From Azolla caroliniana (lineage: Eukaryota > Plantae > Polypodiophyta): a DNA stretch of 64,000 bases. Location of the stretch: the NCBI GenBank assembly GCA_043228905.1, contig JBHGNT010000022.1, forward strand, positions 11,780,001-11,844,000, given 5' to 3'. Each line of letters begins with the position of its first letter. Within the stretch, counting starts at the first letter, position 1. Of this stretch, positions 24,418 to 34,842 are shown in pieces. The notes under the pieces are model-generated. The model saw only the letters and a program-made list of their open reading frames with translations, made no database searches and was not told the origin of the DNA. The translations under genes were made by a program, and so were the position numbers.

Positions 24418-24646
24418 TATAGTACGTAAAATTCGTGTTCGTCTAGTATAACATTTGTTTTCCTACATTGGAAAACGAATGTGAATGTTATTTAAACATT
24501 CTTGTGTTTTTTTTTTGCTTTTTCCCATTTTTTTAATGTTTTTTATTTATTTTTAGGCTTATCTACCTCATAATAAATAGTTAATCCAAAAGTATGGTAT
24601 TTATCATTCTTTGAGGGTGTTTATGGTACGTATGGTTCATACTATG
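24418..24646. mobile_element. hAT-type MITE
   Basis: TIR TATAGTA..TACTATG, TSD AGTGGAAG/AGTGGAAC. Empty homologous site ccactcaagtggaaaccac at ~34073. Confidence 0.82.
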
Positions 24647-26067
24647 AGTGGAACCCACAACTAAAGGGCAATAAGCAAAAGGTAGGGCAATTTTTTGTAA
24701 TTTCAACGCAACTATTTTTTTATTCTTTATATGCTTATGCCGAGGATGTCAGAGTCTAACTAATTAATTAAGCAAACAATAAAAGAATTATAGACCAAAG
24801 AAAGGAGAGTGTGATTTTCTCATTGTGACGTTCAAGCTTGGATATGATTTTCTCAATGAGAAATTAGAAGCCAAATGTTGTTTTTTCTTGCTTTTTTCTG
24901 AATCTGGAAGCAAGGCAAGCTTGGATGCGAGATTAGGAAAGAAAATTTTCCAAAGCACTCATCCAAAGCTTCAAAATAGAGCCATAATAAACTGTACAAC
25001 CTCCCTCCACATAACAAATGCTATGAGGTCCTCTTATAAAGCATGAGACTTAGCTGATTAGGAGAGAAAATTTTCCCAAGCACTCATCCAAAGCTTCAAA
25101 ATAGAGCCATAATATGTTTTTAGATAGAAAAAGGCTTTCACATTAATGAAAAGTTTCTTACACATGCTTTGAAGACCAGAAAGCTAAAAAACACCATATT
25201 CAATAAGTTTCTGTGATTCCAATTTGATATAATGTTCAAGTATGAATATATATAGAAGTTGAAATTTGAAATGTTGACTGGCGTACATATCTTAGATAAA
25301 ATTCAAATAAATAAACCCATCACTCATATACATAAATAGTTGCATGAAAAATCTGGAACATCCTCTTTTCATGTACATGGTCCCTACAAAAAGCACCAAG
25401 AGCTGACCCTGCACAAGGTTAATAGAGAACATTAGACTAAGTGAACAAGATGCTTAAAAAATGGAACAAAAACAACATGTCTTGGGATACAAACATATAA
25501 AAGTGGCACAAGATAAACATGGCGATAAATAAATAAAAGACGGCTCCGATCGTCTACGATTTCCGAGACGAGTTCAGGGCCGTCCAAGCCCTAGATTCAC
25601 GGGCTTCACCTATTTAATGTTTCGCCCCCTAATAGTGACGAGAGGGTTAGGGCCTAAATTTGACGGGTTAATATTAAAGTTTTTTGACGGGCATTTTTTA
25701 AAGATGTATGTCATATGACATAAGATTGCAAAAACTAACATGTCCTTTGACATACAAATTAAAAAAATGAAAAGCATAGTAATATGACCTAGTACTCACC
25801 TTTTCTACACTAACCTAAATTTTTTTAACAAAGCATAGTAACAAGTATGAAAAAAACAAGTTAGTAAAATAAAATAAAAATTAACTTAAAAAAAGTAGGT
25901 TAATAAAAAAGTTAGTTGCATCTTAAAACTTAACATTAAAAACTAACCTAGAGCCTACACTCTTAGAGTATTTATAAAGGTTATTGTTTAAAATTTAAAT
26001 CAAATTTTAACTAATATTATTAGTAAAAAATAAATATTTGAGAATATATATTATAATTACATGATAT

Positions 26068-29000
26068 TGTAAAATGCCTCAAACTCTCTCCCCTTTTTCT
26101 ATTACATTTGAATGCTTTTATACACCTTGGTAATACATTCCAAGATACATTCGGTTATCTTGGCACACTTACCTCTAACTAACCTCTTACTAACTTTAGT
26201 GTAACTAACTAACCCAAGGTCTAACTCCCCTAACCCTGGTTATAGCTACTTGGGTTAGGGGAAGGGTTTTGGCCTGTGGTTTTACCACGCGATCCCACAA
26301 CTCTCCCCTTCAAAAAATCTGAGTATGTCGACTGTGTCTGATGGTGCCACTTCGCCTCCGTCACTGTGGGAGCGACATCCGCCACGTTGCTATGGCAGAG
26401 GGCATCTCGATTGCTCGTGTGCGGTGGTGGCTCTGCTTCGTCCTGCTGGCTGGCTGCGACTGAAGGGTTTTCTGATTCATCCTCGCAGGGGACGTCATGG
26501 TGAGTTTCTTCCTCTTGTGCTTCTTGAGTTGTGGATTGCTGATTATATGGCTTCATCCGTATCACGTGCGCATAAGTAATCCGCCCATTAGCATCGCGGC
26601 GGAGGGAATACGTGTTGGCTCTCATTGAACGGATGACCGTAAAAGGGCCGATCCATCGATGCATCATTGATTCACTGAGTCCTTGTCGGCGGATCGGGAA
26701 ATAGACTAGGACCTTTGTTCCGGCTGTGTACTCGACCGCCCGACGACCCTTATCATAGCACCGCTTTTGGCGCGACTGAGCCAATTGTAGATTCTTGTGT
26801 ATGCTCAACCGTAAGATAGGTTGAACCTGTTGCAAGTGCAGCCACCAATCCATCGCATCGGTTCGAGTATTTTTTTTGGGTAGATCCACCTTGATGTCGG
26901 GGGGTAAACGGGGATCTCTTCCATATAGTGCTCTGAAAGGGCTGATTCGAGTCGAGGCCTGCACCGAAGTGTTATACGCATGCGTGATGAAGGGTAGGAT
27001 CAAATCCCACGTTGTGTGTAGTGGGTCGATGAATGCGGTAAGTTGTTGTTTAATCATCTTGTTCATACGTTCATTCAATCCGTTCGTCTGGGGATGGTAT
27101 GGGGAGGTGAATATCTGTTGAATCCCTAATTGTGTGGCTAATGCTTGCAGTACCTCTCCGCTAAATTGCGGTCCTTGATATGAGAGGATGCGAGTTGGGC
27201 AGCCATGTGGGAAAATGATCCGCTCCATCAGCTTTGTTGCTATGGTGACGGCTCGTGCATCCGGAATTGCGGCGGTTTCGGTCCATCGTGTCAAGTATTC
27301 TGAGATGACTAAGATATACTTGTTTCCTGCCTGGGATTCAGGAAAAGGGCCGATGATATCCCATCCTATTAATTCAAAGGGTTCAGAAACAGTAATAGGT
27401 TGGAGTAGGCCGTCATTGGAATGGGGAGGCTTAATTTGTTGACATGAGTGACATTGTTTGATGTAGGCCGCAATCGTTGTACGCATTTGCGGCCAATAAT
27501 ATCGGAGACGGATCTTGTCCAATACCTTGTGGAATCCGAGGTGGCCAGACATCGGGTGATCGTGAAAAAATTGCATATATAAATTCCGCAAGCTTTGTGG
27601 TATGTAGATTCGTGGCTCTTTCCCTGTTTGTATAAAGTATAAGACATTGTTTTGCAATTGGAAATGGGTGTGTACCTTTTTGCTTGTTGTCAATTGGATG
27701 TCATGGGTGATTTGTCGTATTTGCTCATCGGCTTGTTGTAGGGCTGCTATCTGGGCCATCGTTGTGGGTAATTCGACTAGTGTAGGATTGAATTGAACAC
27801 ATTGTGTTTCTACTCTTGACAAACCATCGATGATCACATTTTGGACTCCTTTTTTGTAAGTTAAGGTGTACCGATATTCCTGTGAAGCCATTGCCCATCT
27901 TAATAGGCGACCTGGCGGGTGTGGCTTGTTAATCAGATGGATTAGGGGTTGGTGATCCGTTTCGACGTTGACGTGGGTGCCATGTAAATAGGGATGGAAC
28001 TTTGTGAAAGCCCATACGATTGCTAACCATTCCTTTTCTGTTGTGGAGTAATTCTTTTCTGCAGGAGTAAGGGATCGACTTATATAGGTAATTGGGCGCT
28101 CTGCTCCTGTTGCATCCGTTTGTTGTAGGACGGCTCCCAATCCATGATTGGATGCGTCTGTCTGCAAAAGGAAGGGGCGTGAGAAATCAGGGTGAGCTAA
28201 CTGACCTGCTTGGTGTAGTGTATTTTTTAATTGGATGAAGTTGTTCTCGCATACTGTTGTCCACTCAAACTTGGAGCCTTTTCGCAATAAGTGTCGTAGG
28301 GGTGTTGTCATGGTGGCCATATTGGGAATGAATCGGAACGAAAAAGTCGCCATGCCTAAGAAACGATGCAGGGACTTGATTGTGGTTGGTCGGGGAAAAT
28401 TGGTCACGGCCTCGGTCTTCTTTGGGTCCATCTGTAGGCCTTCGGCAGAAATTATGTAGCCCAAAAACTTGAGCTGGGTGCTACCCCATCTGCATTTTTT
28501 CCATTGTAATTTCAAATTGTGTTGTTGTATTCGTTGTAGAACTGATTGTAATACCTTAACATGTTGTGGCCATGTGGAAGTATGAATTAGAATGTCATCC
28601 AGGTATACGAGCACTGTACCGTTAGCGATAAGGTCAGCGAATATTGAATTTGCCATCCGTTGAAATGTGTTGCCTGCATCGGACAAGCCAAATGGCATCC
28701 TATTGAACTGGAATAGCCCTCTGCGTGTTCTGAAAGCTGTCTTATGTGCATCTCTTGGGTCCATTGGAATCTGCCAATATCCAGCCGCAAGATCGATAGA
28801 GGTGAAGTACTTTGAGCATCCCAGCTGGTCCAAGAGATCATCTATTCGCGGCAGAGGGTAAAGGTCATGGATGGTAACTTGATTGAGATTGCGAAAGTCA
28901 ACACAAAATCGGTATGTGCCATCATCCTTTTTGACCATGTGTGGCTCCGATACCCAATCACTATGTGAGGGTGAGATGATCCCCTTTTTAAGCATCTCAT

Positions 29001-30600
29001 TAACTGCTTGGTCAATGCGTGCATGATCTAAAGGAGAACGTCGTCTTGCTGCTGTCCGGACAGGTGTTGCGCTTCCTGTGTTGATGACATGTTGGACCGG
29101 GAATGAGACTGTAGTGGGCTTGTCAGATGAGTTGATTAGTTCGGGGTATTGAGCTAAAACCTTGTGGACATCACTTAGGCAAACCTCCTTGCTTAATGTT
29201 ACCTGTGCATTGCTGATTTGTTGGTTGCATTTGCTTGTGAACAGGGGAACTGGCCTTGCTTGTGGTAATGTGAGGTGACGCGTATGGAAATCGAGTTGGG
29301 CCCTGCTCTTGATGAACCAATCACATCCGAGTCTGAGTGGGAACAATTGATGTGGAAGGACGTAAAAGGTGTGTGTGATCGTGGTGGAGCCTAGCTTGAG
29401 TGTGCAAACGATTGTGGTGTTGGACTTATATAGGCATTGGTGATCGCCGAATAACACCTTGATGGGGGAGGCTTTGGAGGTTGAAAGATTGAGGCGATCA
29501 ACCAGATCTTGACTGATGGAAGATATGCTACTACCGGAATCAAAGAGAACTTCTTGTGGGCTATGGAGAATTGTCGCCATGGCCGTGCACACGGGAGAAC
29601 TTGAGGATGTGGATGCTTGTATGTGCGGGGGTTGTGCTCCCTTCAACACCCCGCGACTTAGTTTTCCGACAGGTCGGTCCGATAACTATTGTCAACCAAC
29701 TATACTTGCACATTTTGCTTCTGTGTTTGGTTGTTCCATTTCCGACAGTGTTTCTTCACGTGCCCATAATTGTTGCAAAAAAAACACTTAGGTCTTCCTT
29801 GTGTATCGCGTGTTGGCAGGTTCCTTCTTGCTTGTAGTTGAGCGTTCTGGATATCGATTTCCATTGGCGTGGCGTTGCTATTGTATTGTTTCTCGGAATT
29901 GACATTGGATGACCAACTCATTTGGAGTTCTGTTTGTGTTGCTGCTTCAATGCGTTGTGCAATGAGGATGGCTTCTTGAAATGTTTTGGGGCCTTGATCG
30001 CGCACTCGACGATATATTTCTGGGCATAGCCGTGGCCATAAGAAGAATAGCTTCATCGATTCTGGCATTGTTGGATTTGCGCAAGTAATTGTTGTAATCG
30101 GATTGCAAATTGTGTCACTGGCTCATGTTGTTGTTTGATTGTCTCTAGTTGCTGCAAAGCCGTCTGAGTTGAGTCATGGTGAGCGAAATTCCCGATCATG
30201 AGGGATTTAAGTATCGACCAATCGTTCTTGGACTCCTCTGTTTGCTGTATGAACCATGTGGCCGCGATGCCCTCCAATAAAGTTCACATCTCTAGTGCTT
30301 TCCGTGCTTCGGGCCACTGATGATAGCTCGCCACCATTTCAAAATGATCGAGCCAAGAAAGGATGTCCTCAGACGGCAGACCTGAGAAGGATTTAGGTCG
30401 TACTCGTGGGTCTGGCCGATTACCGTGCCTATCTGTCTGCGAAGAGAAAAAAGATAGCATGGCCTGATTAGTCAAATTTGATTGTATTGCGATGTTAGAT
30501 ACCGCTTGTATTAGTTGATCCAGCTGGAAAGCTTGACGGTTTTCTTGGTGTTGTTGCAGAAATTCTTGATTCATGTCGGTGCATTCTGTTACTGATACAT
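26068..30600 (-). mobile_element. 5'-truncated Ty3/gypsy LTR retrotransposon (no chromodomain seen), unit A copy
   Basis: Putative 3' LTR 26068-26299 (TG..CA) next to PPT AAGGGGAGAGT. PR-RT-RH-INT order. Broken gag with CFFCNNYGHVKKHC. No 5' LTR: joined to the MTPSL upstream module at ~30600. Confidence 0.9.
26230..29649 (-). CDS. Gypsy pol ORF (PR, RT, RNase H, integrase), 1139 aa, no ATG start
   Basis: LFDSGSS, YLDDILI, LQTDAS, ETDHQPL, HDHPMSGH..CHSCQ, YHPQTNG, WIGPF. Confidence 0.9.
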   Translation of the reverse strand: MLKGAQPPHIQASTSSSSPVCTAMATILHSPQEVLFDSGSSISSISQDLVDRLNLSTSKASPIKVLFGDHQCLYKSNTTIVCTLKLGSTTITHTFYVLPHQLFPLRLGCDWFIKSRAQLDFHTRHLTLPQARPVPLFTSKCNQQISNAQVTLSKEVCLSDVHKVLAQYPELINSSDKPTTVSFPVQHVINTGSATPVRTAARRRSPLDHARIDQAVNEMLKKGIISPSHSDWVSEPHMVKKDDGTYRFCVDFRNLNQVTIHDLYPLPRIDDLLDQLGCSKYFTSIDLAAGYWQIPMDPRDAHKTAFRTRRGLFQFNRMPFGLSDAGNTFQRMANSIFADLIANGTVLVYLDDILIHTSTWPQHVKVLQSVLQRIQQHNLKLQWKKCRWGSTQLKFLGYIISAEGLQMDPKKTEAVTNFPRPTTIKSLHRFLGMATFSFRFIPNMATMTTPLRHLLRKGSKFEWTTVCENNFIQLKNTLHQAGQLAHPDFSRPFLLQTDASNHGLGAVLQQTDATGAERPITYISRSLTPAEKNYSTTEKEWLAIVWAFTKFHPYLHGTHVNVETDHQPLIHLINKPHPPGRLLRWAMASQEYRYTLTYKKGVQNVIIDGLSRVETQCVQFNPTLVELPTTMAQIAALQQADEQIRQITHDIQLTTSKKVHTHFQLQNNVLYFIQTGKEPRIYIPQSLRNLYMQFFHDHPMSGHLGFHKVLDKIRLRYYWPQMRTTIAAYIKQCHSCQQIKPPHSNDGLLQPITVSEPFELIGWDIIGPFPESQAGNKYILVISEYLTRWTETAAIPDARAVTIATKLMERIIFPHGCPTRILSYQGPQFSGEVLQALATQLGIQQIFTSPYHPQTNGLNERMNKMIKQQLTAFIDPLHTTWDLILPFITHAYNTSVQASTRISPFRALYGRDPRLPPDIKVDLPKKNTRTDAMDWWLHLQQVQPILRLSIHKNLQLAQSRQKRCYDKGRRAVEYTAGTKVLVYFPIRRQGLSESMMHRWIGPFTVIRSMRANTYSLRRDANGRITYAHVIRMKPYNQQSTTQEAQEEETHHDVPCEDESENPSVAASQQDEAEPPPHTSNRDALCHSNVADVAPTVTEAKWHHQTQSTYSDFLKGRVVGSRGKTTGQNPSPNPSSYNQG

Positions 30601-31885
30601 GTTTAGGGTTTATATGATTATGGATATGTATAGATCTCAAGACTAGAGCCGTTACTGATTACTCTCTTTCCAATTATTTAAAAGACTCCAGAGTCCATAC
30701 CCTTTTTTTGTATAGCCTTTAATTCCAATCAATGTGTGACTTTCTTGTATAACACGTGCCAATGAATGTATGTACCATCAAACCATGTCATCTAGTATTC
30801 ACCAAGTATATGAATCTTCCCACTTTATATAATTGGAATCTCATTCCACACCTATATATTAATTAATGCCATAATTGTATATTGTAATGTTTGATGTCAT
30901 ATTTCCTGTGGGTGTGAGTGCATTGGTTGTCGTATGCGAGCAACTCGTATTTAGCATACACCCACATGTGAAAAACGAGACATAATGCCTATTGAAACTC
31001 ATATATGATTAATGATCATAGATGTGATGCCATATTCGTGGGCCATGGCTATGGAGTCCTCTTTTCATTATAGATATCCCATGTGAAAAGACCAATATCT
31101 CATGTTGTGCCACCAAATTGATGGAGAAGCTACTAATGTCAAATAAATAAATAGATAAAAGTATGCTCAACGTAAACCATTCACACCCATCCGCGATGTG
31201 AATTAATATGTTACTTGAAAATAAATCTGAGAGAGGTGGTGCACATTTTGAACCTTCACAATGATGGAGAAACATGAAATCGCATGATGAAGTATAAAAA
31301 ATTACTATACAATATTGAAACATCACATTCCATATTGAAACAAAAATACTTGATGGAACATTACAAGGAAAAATTATACATGTGTTGTATATAAAAGTGG
31401 CAAGATTATATAGATATATATCTATACATACTGGCATACATGTGCTTGTTTAGGAATTCGTATTTTAATTATTCATGAAATACTTTGTAACATGGTTTCA
31501 TATGATACTTTCTAATGGAGAATCGTGTTTCAAAAATCATTAAGCACTTTAAAGTTGTTAACTTATCAAATTTGTATGTTTACGATTGTGGGAAATGGGC
31601 CAAATACATAAGACATGAGGTATGCAAATATACAACGTGCAAGTGGAAATATGTACATATTATGGAGGCATTTCCAAGCACGAGACTTGAAAGCTACAAA
31701 GACGTGTGGAACTTTTTGGACATGAGTACCTTATTTGGTATCATTATAAAAGGACTCTTGAAGTGTGATCTATGCATAACTCAATATATATCTCAAAACC
31801 ACCAACACAACCATATCATCAAACCTCTCACCATATACATATCAATAATATAGCCATTTGACATCAACCTTACTATAGATACTCA

Positions 31886-33340
31886 ATGGTGATCCTCAAT
31901 GGGAATAATAATCTTGCGAATCTCGAGTCCGTGAGGCCGGGCTCCGTGATGTCACTACAAGGGTTAAATATAGGCTTTGTGAAACTGGCCTCCAAGTGGG
32001 CCCAAGATTCCCATTTCACATTATCATCGCGCTCGATGCATACCTCCTCTCGAATCAACTCTCGGCCATGCCCACACCGAGCTACAAGCCTAAATTTGTT
32101 GCCATTGCGGTGCTCAATGGGGGCAGCCTCTGAATTGCACGCAGACCATGCCCATGTGAGTGTGGAGCACGATACTTGGACACAAGTTTCCAGTTTCACA
32201 TCGCCGTGTATCAAGTTCTTGCAAACCGGATGTGACTCACGGATCCCAACTTGTGGTTCCGGTTTCATCTTGCCACCAATCCGATGCTCGTTCCCCACCA
32301 AATTGCACCCGCAATGCGAGACTATAAGGATGGTGTGCGAGCCATGGATCCTTAACTTGGCTCGCCCCGGTTCCGAGCAGCTCATCCTCGATTGTCTCAT
32401 CCCCCGCTATGTGTGCCGCCTTTTCCCGGAAGCAACCGACCTCCGAGATCTTGAAACCATCACCAATTTCATTGCTTGGTTGTTCTTGTCGGACGACATA
32501 GAAGACACTGGCCCTTTGTTACTCGGTACCGAAGGTCATGGTTTCATGGGGTCTCATGATCATGGTCCTCCATCTACCACCAATGTTTGGGCACAATCGG
32601 TTCTTTCTAAACTCCGCGACCCACAATCTCCTATCAATGTCATCCTTTTCAACAATTCGAGTGACTGCCGTGCCCAGAGCTTAATCATGTTAGATGCATT
32701 GGGGGAACTATGGGGGAAGATGTCATCTCGGCTCGTCCCACAAGCGCGGTCGCGCTTCATTTCGGTCATGCAAGATCATCTTCATGCCGTCTGCCTTCAG
32801 CCCACAAGCAAATGAGCATTTTGGCGGCCCGAGGAGGGAGGCGATATGAACAAGAACGTAGAGGAATATAGGGCTATTCGCCGGCATTCCTCGGGCTTCC
32901 TTGTCGGTTTCGAGCTAGTCCTCTACGTGTTAGGCCTAGATGAGGATCCCATCCATCTCCACCCACTCGTAGAGGAGTTCCGGGACCTCGTCTTAGACTA
33001 CATATGGATGTGCAACGACATCGTGTCGTGCCACATGGAGGCTTCCCTCGGTTACAATTTCAACCTTCCGTGGGTCGTGTATGAGAGTGGTGCATTCGGG
33101 TCCTTCCAGGACTCGGTGGAAGTTGTGGTGGGTATGATGAATAGTGTGGATGCTCGGTGTGCACAAGTAGTTGATGCCATCCAACGGAATGAGGAGTTGA
33201 TACGAAAGGAGCCGAAGCTCAATGCTTACTTGGCGACCATGGCGTCGTGGATGTCCGGCACGCTTTGTTGGTCCTTTGAAACCTATCGTTATGGACTCAA
33301 ACACGACAATGAGCATCACAAGCATACAATATCTTGTTGA
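31886..33340 (+). pseudogene. Long-form MTPSL with one nonsense mutation
   Basis: Near-identical to 61466-62920, but CGA>TGA at 32813-32815 truncates it before the NSE/DTE motif. Confidence 0.92.
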
Positions 33341-33567
33341 TCTACGAATACATCATCTTGATTTTTTTGCATGTATGTTTTTGGATTGTCGAGAACCTAG
33401 TCTCCCCAACATTGTCTACTAATTATTATTCCATTAGCTTTTTACCATCCTATTTGACAACCTAGGGTTTTGACTCTTGAGAATCTAAATTTGCATAAAT
33501 GTGCGTGTGTATGGACCTAGTGAGATTGAGGTTTTTGGAGTGAGCGGTGCCGTGGTGTGGTGTGTCC

Positions 33568-34808
33568 TGTGTGAGAAAAAGTTAGGTTCCACGCGCATCT
33601 CGTGAAGTGATGTATAAATGAAGATAATAATAACAAAAAATAAAACTTAAAGTAGCCTAGTGGTCCTAGCCATTTTTGAATAATCATGAAACAATTTCTA
33701 TGTAAAAAACCACCAAAATCGTGGTATCTAACCTAATTGTTGTACAAACCATCAATTTTGCAACATTTTTCCCTAACCTTGTGTGTATTCTCCTTAAGCA
33801 TTTGCTAATCGTGGTGGTGAATCCCCAACTTCCTCACCCCTTGTGTCTCCCCGGTCCAAGGCCCCGACGGTCTCGTTCGAGCAACACACGCACGCGAAAC
33901 TTTGCGACAACGGTGAAGAGGCCAAAATCGAAGCTACGAGGGCACTGAAACAAGCCTTTATTCCACGAAAGGAGGTCGAGTTAGAATTCCTTACCATTGA
34001 ATTCTTCCTTGCTATTAGGCAATCAAAAAGAGGCTCTAATGTTTTGGATTGGTTTTAAGTGTGATTGTGTTTCCACTCAAGTGGAAACCACAAATAAAAG
34101 ACATATAAGCAAAAGATAGGGGCTGCTAGTGTAATTTCAGCGCTACTTTTTGTTTACTTATTCTTTATATGTGAAGGCCAAGGGTGTTGGAGTCTAACTA
34201 ATTACTTAAGCAAAACATAAAGAATTATATACCAAAGAAAGGAAACAAGGGTGCCAAACCACTCAAGCATCCCCTAGCCAACGCCGTGAGACGGAACGAA
34301 AATTTCATCTCCTTAATCCTTACCAACATTCCTTTTAAACCACTCCAAGTAACGGAGTAGAGAATTATCTCACATGTATCTGAATTGCCCTTTCATTACT
34401 TGAAACTAATTCTCCTTTCCGCCATTCATTAACAATTGTTTTCAATTATTGACTATCTTACTCGCAATCAAACATGGATCACTTAAAGTTAGGTGGGGTG
34501 GTGTGTGTGAGAAAAAGTTAGGTTCCACGCACATCTCATGAAGTGATGTATAAATGAAAATAATAATAACAAAAAATAAAACTTAAAGTAGCCTAGTGGT
34601 CCTAGCCATTTTTGAATAATCATGAAACAATTTCTATGTAAAAAACCACCAAAATCGTGGTATCTAACCTAATTGTTGTACAAACCATCAATTTTGCAAC
34701 ATAACTCTTCTATATTTTTGTCTACATTTTTCCCTAACCTCGTGTGTATTCTCCTTAAGCATTTGCTAATCGTGGTGGTGAATCCCCAACTTCCTCACCC
34801 CTTGTGTC
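33568..34808. repeat. Local ~280-300-bp direct duplication (33568-33847 and 34504-34808) at the unit A/B junction
   Basis: tgtgtgagaaaaagttaggttccacgc..cctcaccccttgtgtc occurs twice. The second copy is followed directly by VAD1 intron sequence. Confidence 0.9.
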
Positions 34809-34842
34809 CCGCTAACATGACAATAACATTTCCTGGTTGCAG

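Larger units (their letters stand above)
1..34808. repeat. Tandem segmental duplication, unit A (left end outside window)
   Basis: Colinear with 37306 onward. The offset is 37,305 at the left (ORF 26..598 vs end 37903) and 29,580 at the right (31886 vs 61466). Unit-specific insertions and deletions explain the difference. Confidence 0.97.

Noticed and set aside
25480-26060. Possible DNA-transposon remnant (GACGG motifs, AT-rich tail)
   Set aside because: I could not define TIRs or a TSD, so it is not listed as a feature.
31873-32400. 175-aa antisense ORF to MTPSL (also 61450..61980)
   Set aside because: Shadow ORF of the terpene synthase 5' region; conserved only because of the recent duplication.
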